Assembly: GCA_013239625.1 (NCBI GenBank)
Contig: MU054187.1
Span: 20,118,897-20,182,896, forward strand
Direction: 5' to 3'
From: Lama guanicoe
Taxonomy: Eukaryota
DNA length: 64,000 nt
The position numbers and the translations under genes were made by a program. Under the pieces are notes generated by a model. That model saw nothing but the letters and a program-made list of their open reading frames with translations. It made no database searches and had not been told where the DNA came from. Shown one piece after another: positions 37,436-51,300 of the stretch (position 1 is its first letter; each line of letters opens with the position of its first letter).

Positions 37436-40400
37436 AAGGTTGAGATTAAGACCTCATTAGCAAAGGTAAGATTGTGTGGAAGAAAATGGAAGAAATAGTT
37501 CCCAACTTTGAAGTTTTCTCTGTCTAGGGAGTGAGATAAAATAAACACAAAAACAAATAAATAACTTTAAATAGTATTATATAAAAGTATCATATGATAA
37601 AATGTTGAGAGAAATGACTAATCTAGATTTGTTGGCCAAGAAGAAATGGGAGAAATCTCTCAAGAAAAGTCACATTAGTGGATACTTCAATGACATTAAG
37701 AAGCTAGCCTTGCAAGGATCTGAAGACAGAGAAACGCAGAGCTCCCCTGTTTCCTAAGTAGGAATAAATGTAACACATTTGTGAAGCCCGAAGATAGTCA
37801 GTAAGTTTGGAGCTTGGAGAGTGAGGGCAACTATAGTTTGAAATCTTCCCATTATTTGTAAAATCAATGGCTTGTAAACTAGACATCTTTATTTTGTTTT
37901 GCAAAGTTTCACCATAACTTAACCCTCACCTCCCTCTGTGCTAACTCTCTGCAAGCCTAAGTGTGATTACTTTACTAATTTTGAAGTTGCATTAATAGTT
38001 ACTAAATAAAATCAAGCTAATGTATGCCACTTGTTATTGACAAGAAAACAACTTTTTTTTCTCTTCAGTCAAATCAGTGTCCTATTGTAGTAGCTCCCAG
38101 ATTTAGGCATTAACTTGATCATCTGAAAGAACACATCATATTCTAAAATGTCTATTGAAAAATGCATTCAGCTGTGCAGATTTTTAAAAACAACTTTACA
38201 CATTGTTTTTTAAACATTTCCATGTCATGAGCAGCACTCAAACCTTAGGACAAATTAGGTATCATACAAAAGAGTGTCAGTCGGGAGCTAAAGTCTTCAT
38301 TACCTACAGTTAAAGAAACTGTCTTGGCCTCTACGAACATGAGAAGGAACGAAACCAGAGGATTCTGGTAATATTTTTGTATCTGAAATACAGCATATAG
38401 CCTCTATTAAAGCTTTGTAATAGAACATACATTAAGATCAGCATGATCATGGTCATTATGCACTTCTGTGAACCTCTGCCTTCCTCAAGGGTTGTTCGGA
38501 AATGCTGGGAATTAAGGCTGAAAAGATGGACAGAAGTAGGCAACACTGATGAGAAGAGCTGTTGTGTATTCCGCATTTACAACATACAGGCATCCACTGT
38601 CAACCTCTTGAACTCAGTTATTTGACACGATACTTACAATTATTCAAATAAAATTCAGACAGAAAAAAATTGTAATGGACAAAAGGAATCATGCTTAGGA
38701 AGAACAAACTTTAAACTAGGGAACCATGATGAGTCCCTAATCAATTTAATAATAGAGTATGACCTTTGTGTTAAGGTAAATACTGTAGCTATATTGTGTG
38801 CCTAGCGAAAGTAAATATTATATGCAGTTCGGTCTAAAGAGCTTTGTACAGTGTGAATACTTTGCTTTCTATTCCAGTATTAAAACGTATAACATGTACA
38901 CTCGTGTTCTCTGACAGTGTTTTCCTTTTAGCCAATAAGTATATCTCTGGTCTTTATCACAGTCTTTAGCCAAAGCTTCATATATTGAAGTTCTCAACTA
39001 TATAACGTGTAACTTCTATCTCAGTACCATGTGTCTCACAGAACCTAAAAACATACTCCTTAATTTGAACTGAGTTGTGTTTAATAAATACACTAGCAAG
39101 GATGTGTTTTTCCTGTGATGGTAATAATAAGTAAAGGAAAATACAGGTACACAAGCATACTAAAATAATCCTTCCACAAATTCAAATACCTGTATATTTA
39201 TTACTTGAAAATACAGTCAGCCACATATTTTCCAGAGCAAGTCTTAATAGTGCTCCCAGAAACTACAGGCTGTCCACAACACAGCCTTTCCCAGTTCCTT
39301 ACTAACATGGATATTAATGTAATACAACAGTTGCCAATGGGCTACTGAACAACAGGGTAGAGAAGAAACTAGAATGGGGTGATATATGCCAATTAGCAAG
39401 TTCTTAAGGTAGCCATAAGGTGAAGTATTGTTTTAGGTATAAATTTAAGCAACAGAAAAAGAGAATTCAACTCAGACAGTCCACACCTGAATTTCTGCCT
39501 AGGAGATTTCACATTGCTTGATCAACTTATAATTAGCATGATATATGGCAGAAAACTTTTCCATTTAAAAAACAATTAAAAGAGATTTTGAACATCATTA
39601 TCTTGCAAGAATTCGACTAGAAAAACTCAACATATTTCCCAAATGAAGAATAAAATACAACCTTTCAGGTGAGTGAAAGGAATTCCAAAGCATCTCAAAC
39701 TCTAAATTTTATGAAACAATAAAAATATTCCCAGAGAAGAGCCAGCTAACTTCATATTTACACAAGAACCATGACCAATGGTTCACTCTGAAAACAACGT
39801 GAGGGCAAGTTTACAATTTAGCTCAGGGTCTGCATAGCATGATGTAGATGAGTCAAACAACATACAGTAAATTTCAGGGACAGCTAAGTTTTAGTTCTAG
39901 TGGTGTAAATCACAGGTGGGCTCCCCGTACAGACAGGTATATTGTTGGGATGATAAAAACAGTGAAGTAAAAAAGCCTCATCCTGCTTTAAGTAGCTGAG
40001 CTTCAGAAGAAAGAGAATCTCAGTGGGGGATATAAGGAGTGGTGATAGGAATAGAAAGAACTAATCTCAGTGCCAAAAATAAAAGGAAGAATCAACGCGA
40101 AGCCACCCGTGTGACCAATCTTAACAATCCCAGGGTGAAATGAATCAATCCAGCTTCCAATTTGTGGCCAGGCTGTAGAAATGGAGCTAGAAAAATCAAA
40201 GAGGATTGGTCAGGGCAGGAGGGAGGGGCAGCCTGCTGTGTAGTGGTTTGATCAAGCTCAGCTCTGCTCCATCAGATTAAAAAAAATAAAACAAACAGTT
40301 TTTACTGTGTGGAGCTGAAACATTTATGGATTTTAATTCTGCCGGGACGCTCATGCTAATTTTGGCCGGGAGTGCAAAAGGACAGATCATGTCACTTACA

Positions 40401-42082
40401 CATTTAATCTGTATTTATCAACATTCAACTCTGTTCCTTTCATTGATCTGAAGAGTCAGAAATTCAGAATTCATAAATAAAGTTTAGCAATTAAAGTCAA
40501 ATAGTTGGAGTCACAGATATATTTGAAGACTCAGATGCATTTTCAAAACCTAAATAAGCCTGCAAGAAACCCTTTCATAGAAAAGCAGGATAAAACTCTT
40601 TCAATGTTAGGCTTTATTACAACTTGCAATCCCCCTTGTTCTTTCCTCAGGGAAAAATCATATTTCCGTATGAAATTTGCACATCTATAAACCTTCTGAA
40701 TCCAGGGAAAAAAAGTTGCATTTTAGTAAATCTGCAAGTATACAATAAAACATGTCTCCAAAGCTGATAGATAAATAGATCAAGACAATTCCATGCATCA
40801 TCCTCAGGGTTATTAAAAATTAGTGATGTATTTTTAAGGACTTTTTCTTCAGTAACATTTTCATTCAAAGATGCTCGTTCACGAAAAAAAAAAGAAAAAA
40901 GAAAAAAATTCCTCTTCAGAGTTTCCTTGAGACCTAAGGAATCTTAAGTGTCTAGAGGGGATATAGATATTTTAGCCAAAAAAATATTTTATGTCAAATT
41001 TTATGGTCATTTAAAGTAAAATGGTAAAAGGAAATAAAAGAGAATAGGAGTTATTTGTGATCAAAAGTGTTCATCTTGATCGTGCATCCATAGGAGAGAT
41101 TTTGGGGATTCAGGTTTTCTGCAGAACAACTTCTTAGTCTTATCGGGGGACTCTTTGTAGGTGCTTAGTATGAAAATAGCTCATATTTCTTCAGCCTTTC
41201 CAGAGGGGTGCCACGATCAGGGAAAATATCAAGAACACAAAAAAGTTGTACATATGTGCAATATACATATATATAAAATGTATATTATAGCTGAATTTTC
41301 TTGTTCAGTTAATTTGTTGGGAAAAATAATGCTAACGGTGGTGGTATTGTCGCTAGGTAGTGTTTGCATATGAATGAATATAGGGAATAAATAGATCTGC
41401 AATCAGTCTCAGCTCTGCCACTATGGAGCTGCATAATTGTGAGAAAGTTGCTACAAGGGCCAGCTTCAGTTGCCTCATGTACTGAATAAAGATGCACAGT
41501 GTAAATGTAAAACAAAACACAATGCTCAGCCATCCTAAGTACACACTAATATTTAATTCTCATTAGTGACATTTTTATGTGATCATGATAATTGATTAAT
41601 AACTATATATATACACACACACATTAATTAATTGAAGGACAATGCATGTTATTAGATATCACAGAGCAGGCATGCATCTTCTTTCGATGGTTTTTAGGAC
41701 AAATGGTAATAGAAAATATTAGAAAGAAGAAAAAGTTAATTTAATTTACTTGGACTTGTATTTACACAATTTTGTGGCCAGAGGAAGTATTCAGTGTGCA
41801 TATCAATCTATAGAAAGGGGTGGAGCTTTATTTAATTGATGAATGCCTTGCTCATTTGAAATGCTTCATTAGGAGAACTTTTGTAAATTATTTGCAAGAA
41901 CAGCAGAATTGCTCATGCATAAACTTAATGAACTAACCAACAAACACATTGATAAGATTTTTAATGAGATGTTTTTCCAAGAACTCTTCAGTGGCTTGTC
42001 TATAGGACCTTTAAAAGACTTTAGTGAATTTTTGCGGATTCTTGTCTGTTTGTCTTTACCTGTCAAGAATGGCACACGTTGT

Positions 42083-42159
42083 GGGGAAGGGTTAAGCTCA
42101 GTGGTAGAGCACCTGCCTAGCATGCCTGAGGTCCTGGGTTCAATCCCCAGCACTGCCAT

Positions 42160-42208
<49 letters not shown>

Positions 42209-42270
42209 ATACACCTAATTACCTCTCCCCAAAACAAACAAACAAAAAAATCAAAACAACAAGCAGAAAA
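42083..42270 (+). mobile_element. vic-1-like SINE with (AAAT)n expansion and 15-bp TSD
   Basis: A/B boxes (agctcagtgg, ggttcaatcc); about 12 AAAT units at ~42163-42210; aagaatggcacacgt at 42065-42079 and aagagtggcacatgt at 42271-42285. Confidence 0.9.
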
Positions 42271-42999
42271 AAGAGTGGCACATGTGGGAAAGAAAATGTG
42301 ATTAGTATGAGTAATCTTTATATTAGTTCCTATTAAAATTAATGTGTCCCTAAAGCACGCTTGAAACCAGTACTAGTTAGGAAGACTGTTTTTGAACACA
42401 GACTAGAATTATATCAACCATGTTTAACTTAGCTTAGTTAATGTGACTTTTTGAATTAGCAGTGTATGATTTCAAAAACTTTAGAACTTGCTAAAGAATT
42501 GGCCAAGGTGAATGTCATATTAAAATTATATTCAAGAACTTATATTAAGCTTGTACTGTGATTTGGCACTTTGCCAAAAATTTGCAACACAACAATAAAG
42601 AAGACATTTTCCCTCCCTTCCTGTTAAGTAGAGAAGACAGACAAAGGAATCACAAATTATAAGACAGACTCTTCAAACATCCCGGAAGACTGGATTTTGA
42701 CAGTCTGCATCGCCTAATGATTTGATCATCAAAAGCAATTTCCATGTAAGGAGTTAAGGAAGAACTTGTTAAAACATGAGATGCTGTTCCCTACAAATAC
42801 ATTGAATTTCAAACCTCCTTTACCACTGCAATACACTCTTAAGTGTAGATTTCACCCTTATGATCTTTGTGAGCCTAACTGTGTAGCTGTCACAACCAGT
42901 TCACTGGAATTTACATGACACATGAATAGCTTTGCTATTCTGGTCTGAATTTTCATTCATAGGATAAACTCAGATAATGTAGTTCACACATGCTTATAT

Positions 43000-44010
43000 G
43001 TTTAAAAATAAATTGAATTTGGAGTAAAACAAACTTGCAGAAGAGTATACAGATCATAAGTTTTTATTTAGTTCAGGGCATCATTTCAAAGTGAGCACCC
43101 ACTTAACCATTTCCTGAACAAGATATAGAATGGTATCAAGTCAAAAGCCCCAGTTATGTCCTTTTGCAGTCACAAGTCCCACCCACCTTCTTGGAGGCAG
43201 CAATATTCTTCCTACACCAACTGCTTTTGTTCAACATCATGTTTCTGAGATTTATCATTATTGTTGTGTCTACCCGTAAATCGTTCATTTCCATTGCTGT
43301 AGAATAATTCATTATAGTAATATATTCCAATATATTTATTCATTCTACTGTTTTTAGATATTTGAATTATCCAGTTTGGGCTTATTGTGGATAATGTTCC
43401 TTGGAATATGGTTATATATGACTTTCAAAAGGCACAGACATGCATTTCTCTTGGATATACATTCAGAAGTGGAATCTCTCTTCTATAGGAGTTACATATA
43501 TCAAGTATATGCAATAAAAATATTTTCTTGGCTTGTCTTTCAGTATTTAAGTGTTGCTTCTTGAGAAACACAAAGTATAACTTTTTAAATTAAACTTTTA
43601 AAATCAATAGACTTTATAAAAGAGCATTTTTAGATTTATGGAGAAGTTGAGTGGTTCCCATTCACAATCTAGTTGCTCAATTAACAATATTTTTCTTCAT
43701 CTTTAATGTTTTATGTGCCCTGTTTAAGAAATCTTTGTTTACCACGAAATCAAGAAAGATTTGCCTCCCCCAAATTCAGATTATGTTTAGTTACAGCAAC
43801 CGGAACATTCTGTTTTGTCTTTTACATCTAGATCTACAATCCACATAAAAGTCTCAGCGTTATACATTTTACCATTGATCTGCGAGGTCGTTATTGCCAT
43901 CAGTCATGTATCCATATGTGTCTATCTATTTCTAAATTCTAGTCTCATTCATATAACACTGCATCAGCCTTTGCACCATTGTCACGCTGTCTCAATTATT
44001 TGTATTTTAG
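43000..44010 (-). mobile_element. L1ME-like fragments, antisense
   Basis: 'tttctgagatttatcatt...tcattt..attgctgtag..taattcatt' and 'ccctgtttaagaaatctttg'. Confidence 0.6.
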
Positions 44011-44480
44011 TAAGCAGTGGCACACATTGTTTATGTATTTCGATTTTATTCTTATTTTATTTATATTGTTTTTTGAGTCTTAAGAATTTACTACTTTGTT
44101 GTCTTCCTAATGCCCTTCGGGATTTTTTTGTCTTGCTTTCCTAATTGTTCTCTATTGTTTTCAGCTTGTCTATCATTGCAGATAGTGGAATCAGTAGTGA
44201 GTTTCTAAGTAATTCACAATTATAATACAGAGCCATGTTCTCCTGGCTCTCACTTGCCCCTTTCTGAACTTAATAAAAACAAAGAAACATGGATAACTTG
44301 ATGCATTGAGCATAATGACATACACTTATGCCATCATATTTCTTACATTGCAGCTTCCCCTGTTTGGAGTTATTCATCTTTGTTTACTTATTAAATCTCT
44401 CTCATTTATTAAATACTTTCTCTTGTTTATGAACTTGCTCTTTACTGTCATCTCTGCCATGATCGTTGTAGAAAACCATC

Positions 44481-44940
44481 TGGATTATAGGTTGAACTGT
44501 GTCTCCATCAAATTCTTATGTTGACGTTCAAACTCCCAGTACCTCCAAATGTAACCTTATTTGGAAATAGTGTCATTGCAAGTGTAATTAGCTGAGATGA
44601 GGTCCTACCGGAGGAGAGTGAGCCCTAATCCACTGTGATTGGTGTCCTTACAAAATGAGAAAATTTAGACCCAGACACCCACAAAAATGAGCACATGTAA
44701 ACATGAAGGCAGGGATCAAAGTGATGCATCTACAAACCAAGCACTTCCCCAAACTGAGCAAAATCCCAGAAGCTGTGTGACAGGCATGGAACAGATTCTG
44801 CCCACAGCCTTGGCAGGAACCAACACTGCTGACTCTTTGTCCGGGGCTTCCAGCCCCCAGAACTGTGACAAAATAAATTTCTGTTGTCTAAACTACCCAG
44901 TCTGTTGTACTTTGTCATGACGGCTCATGAAACTGAAATA
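44481..44940 (+). mobile_element. MaLR solo LTR (MLT1B/C-like)
   Basis: 'ggttgaactgtgtctcc...ccttatttggaaatag...ggaaccaacactgctgac...ccagaactgtgacaaaataaatttctgttg'. Confidence 0.88.
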
Positions 44941-45799
44941 ATCTGCAAGGCTGACATGTCTAAAGCGACGTAGTCTCAGTGAATCAGTCCCCTTATTAAA
45001 ACTCAACTTCCGTATTTTTAGTTCTTCATTCACGTTGCTACCAATGAGAGCATTTCGTCATCTTACTTTACCTCCAGAACGACTAATGCAAAGATCTCAC
45101 TTTTGGCAAAATTCCCTTTTGTGATATGAGTGTTTCTTCCGAATTAGATCATAAAAGCTATCCACTGACTATCTGTTTTTCCTCATCCTTTCTCTTCTTT
45201 CCTTAGAAGTATACATAACCATGACTTGTTATTTCAATAAAATGTTATCTATACCTTGTATGTCCTTGGCCTTTTCAATGGGTTGCCCCTGAATAGTGAA
45301 TATTCTACCCTGGAAAAAATCAGAAAGCTGTTTTGTTCCTTCCAATGTAAGTCCATCCCAGTGTTGCACATCTAAATACAACACAGGGGTCAAAATTATA
45401 TTGAAATTTAAGTGTAACAAAACAAGAATACAAATATAATATAGAAGCCCCAAAGTGATAAATTAAAAATACCAAGAAAACTACTAATTCAACAAAAGGA
45501 ATGACACAAAGTCGTAGGAAAGAAAGGGCAGAGAAAATAAATGGTATTAAAAATCCAAATATACTAGTAATATTACTAATAAAACTGAATTTATTTGTTT
45601 AAACACAGAGATATCAATATTAGAATATTTTTAATTAAGGATAATCCACTTCTCCTATCTTTACAAATAATATGCCTAAACCAAAATGAGACACCTTGAA
45701 TATGAAGAATAGAAAGGAAAATGTCAAAGAAATTACAACTAAAATTGAACCAAGTACATAAATATTAATATCAATTAAAATTAATAAAAATGTTTGAAG

Positions 45800-46995
45800 G
45801 ATTAAGTGGCATAGGAGGCTCCTGAACTTCCCTCTTCCCATGGACACAAAAATATACAACTACACATGGAGAAAATCTCTTCTGAGAGAAATCCAGAAGC
45901 TACACACAGGGCAGATGAGAAAATACCCACATCAAACATGTAGAAAAGGCTAAGATATACTCTCACGATAAACCCCACTCCTCTTGTACACTATAGATGG
46001 AACTAAAACACACAGCCTGAAAGTTACAAGTTATGTTTTATTCAGAGACCTTACTGAGGACTATAGCCCGAGAGAGAGCCACTCAGTTTTGAGGAACTGT
46101 CTGCAAGCTCAGGAGGAAATTCTCAACTGTCAGCTTCTCCATGAAGAGCAAAGGGCTTGGACTTCAGATATAGTGCCTCAACTTTTAAGTCTCTCGTTGA
46201 GCAGCAGGGCCCCCAAAACATCTAGCTCTGAAAGCCAATTGTGCTTGAATCCAAGAGTCCTACGGGACTATAGCAAACCAAGTAGCAGTCCTCAGGGGGT
46301 ACAAGAGTGTTCACTGAGGCTGCACCTCGAGGGCTCAGTGTTAAGGGAGCAGGTAAAAACACTGGACTCTCAGTCTCTCCTTGGGAGAGTTTGATGGAGC
46401 TTTACAAGCTGTTGCCTGAGGGTCCCTCTTTTAATCAGCACGCTTTCTCCCTGGAGCCTGGGAGCTGGAAATAGTTCCTGGGAGTCAAGTACTTTCTAGC
46501 TAAGCTGGGGCTAGCTGACATCTTCCCTGGAGCTTGGGGGAGCCTTGGGTATTTCCCCACCCTCTCTCCCCAGATCACTCCAACAACAAAAGGAAGCCGC
46601 CAGCATCTCTCAGGAAGAAGCTAATAGGGACAGTTAAAGTCAGAATACACTGGTATTTTAATGGTGGTGGATAAATCACTTACAACTCTATAAACTAGTA
46701 TAAAGTTTAAAAGTTTAAAAGACAAAAATAAATAAAATAAAAATACCTATAACTACAAAAGTTTGTTAATGGATAAATAATATAAACAGACATATTTGAT
46801 AATAGAATAGAACTTGAGTACTCACCAAAAAAAGAATAAAGGTAAATATACAAGGTAAAGAACATATTAATTAACTCAATGGTGGGGAACCTTTCACAAT
46901 ATAAATGTATATCAGATCATCATGTCATAGACATTAAAATACATTATTATTTAATTTGTAAATTGTACCTCAATAAAGCTGAAAAAATAAAATTA
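45800..46995 (+). mobile_element. Heavily deleted LINE-1 (5'UTR-like ~45800-46620, inter-ORF ~46630-46800, 3' end ~46800-46995)
   Basis: 3' end 'tttcacaatataaatgtatatcagatcatcatg...tacctcaataaagctgaaaaaa'; 5' piece GC-rich and begins 'aagtggcataggag...ctcttcccatggacac'. Confidence 0.65.
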
Positions 46996-47149
46996 ATAGA
47001 AAAAAGTGTTATGCAACAAAAATAATCTCTCAAAAATATAACAATCATGGACTTGCTTTCATATATGCGTACAAACTATATAATAAACATATATTTCTGT
47101 GTACATATATTTATATCTGTACAATAACAATTTATATTAAACTTTTATG

Positions 47150-47360
47150 AGGCATCTGTTGCATTCCAGGTACAGTTTAATCCCATTACATTTACGTAAC
47201 CTGCTTAACAAATTTTACTCTAGGTACACTTATTAGTCTCCTTTTATTCCTCAGGAAGCTGAGGGACAGGGGACTTAACGCAGCCTGGCCAAGATCACAC
47301 AACTGGTAGGTGGTAAAGCCAAGCTGTGAATCCAGGCAGCCTACCTCCAGTGTCCATAGG
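47150..47360 (-). mobile_element. MIR SINE
   Basis: 'aggaagctgagggacagg...ccaagatcacacaactggtaggtgg..aagccaag...gaatccaggcag'. Confidence 0.75.
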
Positions 47361-47479
47361 TATTATTGTAAGTTAACTTAGCATAGCATGCAACACATAA
47401 TATCAACATTTATAAAAGCAAAAAAATGAAAAGGAAGGAATTTAGTGGGATATTTTGGGAAAAAAAAGTTTCTGAAATC

Positions 47480-48320
47480 AATAGCTCACACAAGCAAGAA
47501 TATTAAAGAGACAAATTTAGGAGCAACATACTTAATTAGACAATCCTAATAGAATTATGCACAGACATGAATTCAATCAATAGTAAAGAGATATACTTTT
47601 CCAGCATTTTTGAATATTGCAAAAAAATTGGTTATTCCATAGAAACAATGTCATATGGACCCTGTTTTCTAAATGTGATAGCAAAAATTAGAAATACAAG
47701 AATAAATATAGCCCCAATATTTCACAAATTGGCAAATAAAATCACAGTTTAGATTGCAAATTGATGTTTAAAATTATAATAAAATTATGAAACATAACTA
47801 AATTTTAAAATATCACAGCATGTGAGATACAGCTAGACTAGCAATTAGATGACTATTTATATCATAATTACATTTATAGGAATATAAAAAACTTTAAAAT
47901 AAGTTAGAAAATCATTTAACCCAAGAGTTTTAGAAAAGTGCAAAAGAAATGCCCAAAGGATGCAGAAGTTTGGAAATTCAATTAAAACAGCATATGATGG
48001 GAAACCCAGATCAAGGGACATACACAAATGGTAAAGATTATATTTAACAAAATAATAGTAGGAACACTAATAGATAACTTTCTGTCTTGATCAAAATAAA
48101 AAATGAGTGAAAATAGTAAGGATTAGAAATATTTTTAAAGATATATCTGTAGATGAAGAGTTAGAAATATGAGAAAATACTATGAATAAACATTCAAAAA
48201 ACTTAAATAAAATAAATAATATCCTAGAAAATTACTTTTTAAAATTATCCAAATATGACTGAATACCTGAACATACCAATAGCCATTAAAATTACTGATA
48301 AAAATTCATAAAAATAAAAG
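47480..48320 (+). mobile_element. Degraded L1ME-like ORF2 remnant
   Basis: A-rich; 'atactttt...catatgga.c..tttt' and 'atactatgaataaac...tcctagaaaa' echo L1 ORF2. Confidence 0.5.
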
Positions 48321-51300
48321 GAAACAATGATGGTTCAACATTTGAGACTCTAATACTGAAAAAGTCAGTAAGTGGCAACACTGTGACTTAACTCAGGTTT
48401 CTGGCGTCTTCCCCTAAAATCAAGTCCAGATACAGAAAAGTATAGGTCTTAGGACTCTCATACCCAGTATTAGAAACCCTTAGAGGAACTAAGGTTCTTT
48501 TGAACTGGTGTGGGTGGATGTCAGTGGAGCCTTAGTGGGAGGATAGTTTGGGAAAAAAATTCAATTTTTCTCTTGACACTTTTCTCTCCTTCTCTTGCAT
48601 TGAGCATGCGGATTCTTCAGTTACCCACCTACAATAGTACAGTTAGATGTAATTGGTTGAGATATATTTAATTTTAAGTGCTGAAAGTTAAAATTACACT
48701 TGTTTCAAGTCCAGGAAATATATCAAATACATGATACTTTAAAAAAATTTAAATAGTTTTCTACATACATTCAGACATATACAAATATACTTGTGTGCAT
48801 ATACACAGAATATATACCTTTTAGGTATATAAAATATTATAGAATATTATATTTATATATAATTCTTTTAAAGTGTTGCATGTAAATGTTAATCAACAAA
48901 ATTACTGCAGAGATTTCTATGCAGAAAAAAGGGTCTTCATTAAATCTGGTTATAACACATCTTTAACTCTACTGACAATGTTTTATATCTTAAGCCAGAT
49001 GGTGCATACACAGGTGATTTTTATTATTCTTTAATACCCTAAATATTATTAATAATTTAAGGACATCAGAATAAATGTGCTTTGTTTTGAATTCATTTCG
49101 TCCATTTCCTAGAGTCAGATTTTGCATTCTGTCTAAGACGCAGTGCACATCTGGTCCATCACTCTTTTCAGTAGCTGAGCAAATTTTATTATGTCCCAGA
49201 ACTGGAAGATGGAAGGGTCCTATTTGGCTAATTTGGGGCCACTTATGCTATCTCTCTGGTTTAATTTAGATTGTACATCATTTATTTTCACATAAATAAA
49301 CTAGCTACTGATAATTCTGAACATTTCAGTTTAGGACAGATGGTTTTAAGGTCAGTAAATTTAACAGAAATATGCTATGTAACACTTTTGCTCAGTGGCT
49401 CTTAATGTGCTGTCATACACACAGTGGAACAATGGATGTTCCATGACATAAAGGATGCACACAGAGAAAGATGACATGTGCACCCAAGAATGTAAGCTCA
49501 TGTTACCTTAAATGGTTGTTTGTAAACATTAATGTCCCTATCAAATGAATGAAGGCTTAAATACGTATAGCAGAAATTATAAATATGTTATATATATGGA
49601 GCTGTATATATGTTACAGAATATATATTATAAATATATAAACACATAATATGAAATATATTGCATATAGCATATGTAATATTCTATACTGCATTTAAAAC
49701 CACATGTTATAAAATATTTTAGTATAATTATATTCATATGTGGCAAATATCCTCTTCCTTATTGCCTTAATGGTATTCTCTGATGAACAAAAGTTTTCAG
49801 CTCTAAAAATGTCCAGTTTATCGATTACTTCTTTTATGACTAGTCCAAATTCCTGTTTAAGAATTCTTTGTTTATCTACAGCTCATGGAAATATTTTTCC
49901 GCATTTCTTCTAAAAACTTGAGTGTTTTCCTTTTGTGTATTTTGCATTGAATCATTTAGGGTTTCTGGAGTGTTACATTTAGGGCTGGATGACTGGGGTA
50001 CTCTTAGCCAGGACAGCCTGGCTTTGTTAAGCAGACCCCCTTTCTTCAGGAGTCTAGCTCCCTCCAGGTTGCCTGATTATATACTCACAGCGAATGTAGG
50101 AAACCCGAAAACCAGGGGAAAATGTCTGGGAAAAACAGTGACATTAGAAGACGAAAGGTAAGATGTGGGCAACTATCAACTGAGGCCATTAGGGTACTCA
50201 GTCTACCATAGTCAGCTCTTTGACCACGTTCAATCTGTTCTCCCAAATTCAATTTGAAAGAAATGTAAAAATTCATTATTTTCTTAGATACTCAAATGAA
50301 TCATCCAGTCATAGTATTAGGCTCAAACACCTGACTATGCTAACAGATCCAGTTGGGTCTCCTCAGAAGTTACTCCTCTTGATCTACAAAATTAAAAGAT
50401 AAGTTATTTGCTTTCCACACAACTAATGTGCAGTGGTTTTATGATATAACTCCTATGCACACTACCATTCAAAAGGGAAAGAAATGTAAGTACATAGCAC
50501 TGGTCTATAGTAAGTCAGAGTCCAGCTGCATTAAGGTCGCCAGGTGCCACTACTCTGGGGTTGGGGGATGTTTCTTGATTTACGCTCCAGTTCTGCTCCT
50601 AAGAGTGACTCCCCAGTCATCATTTCCCATGGATCTTGGGTTGGCCATCTGAGAGTCATTCCTGTTCTATCGCAATGAGATGATTGCTTCAAGGGCATAT
50701 CCATGGATCAAAGCTTCTCAAATTGTGTAATCTAAGTATGTTCAGTATGCTGTACATCCAATATATGTCAATAAAGACAAAAAAAAATTGTGAAAAAAAT
50801 AAGTAAACTACCACAATGCACAAAAAAAGTGTGAATTATGGAAATGTAATGAAATTTGTAAAGAGGCAAGTTCCAAAACCCCACATACTCCATACACAAT
50901 TATTGTAAAACTTAAAAACAAATGATGCTAAGAAGGGTGTTACTGGTAATAATTTGTTCTTGATTTCAGTGTTCAAAGATGTTCATTTTTTTTAACTTTA
51001 ACAATTCTATGCTGTATACATTTTTGCATATATCATGTATTATTATTTAAAAGGTAGTAAAAAGATTAAAATATGCAAGTAAATCAGTAATATAGAGCAA
51101 ATTGCAATAATTACCATTCAGCAATGTGTTGTTCTTGGACTTCAGAGAAGAGATGTATCTCGTAGCATTAATGATGATGGTGATGGTTATATATCATTAT
51201 ACATAAAACAAATTCCTAAATAGTTGTATGTCTTTCAAAAATTGTATTTCAATATATCATACTAATATTGTCTTATTAGTTTATCTATATTAAGATATGT

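Noticed and set aside
41869..42237. 122-aa minus ORF with YLFI repeats
   Set aside because: Antisense translation of the SINE and its (AAAT)n microsatellite
49560..49745. AT-rich quasi-palindromic tract (also ~48770-48870)
   Set aside because: Ordinary (AT)n-derived low-complexity sequence
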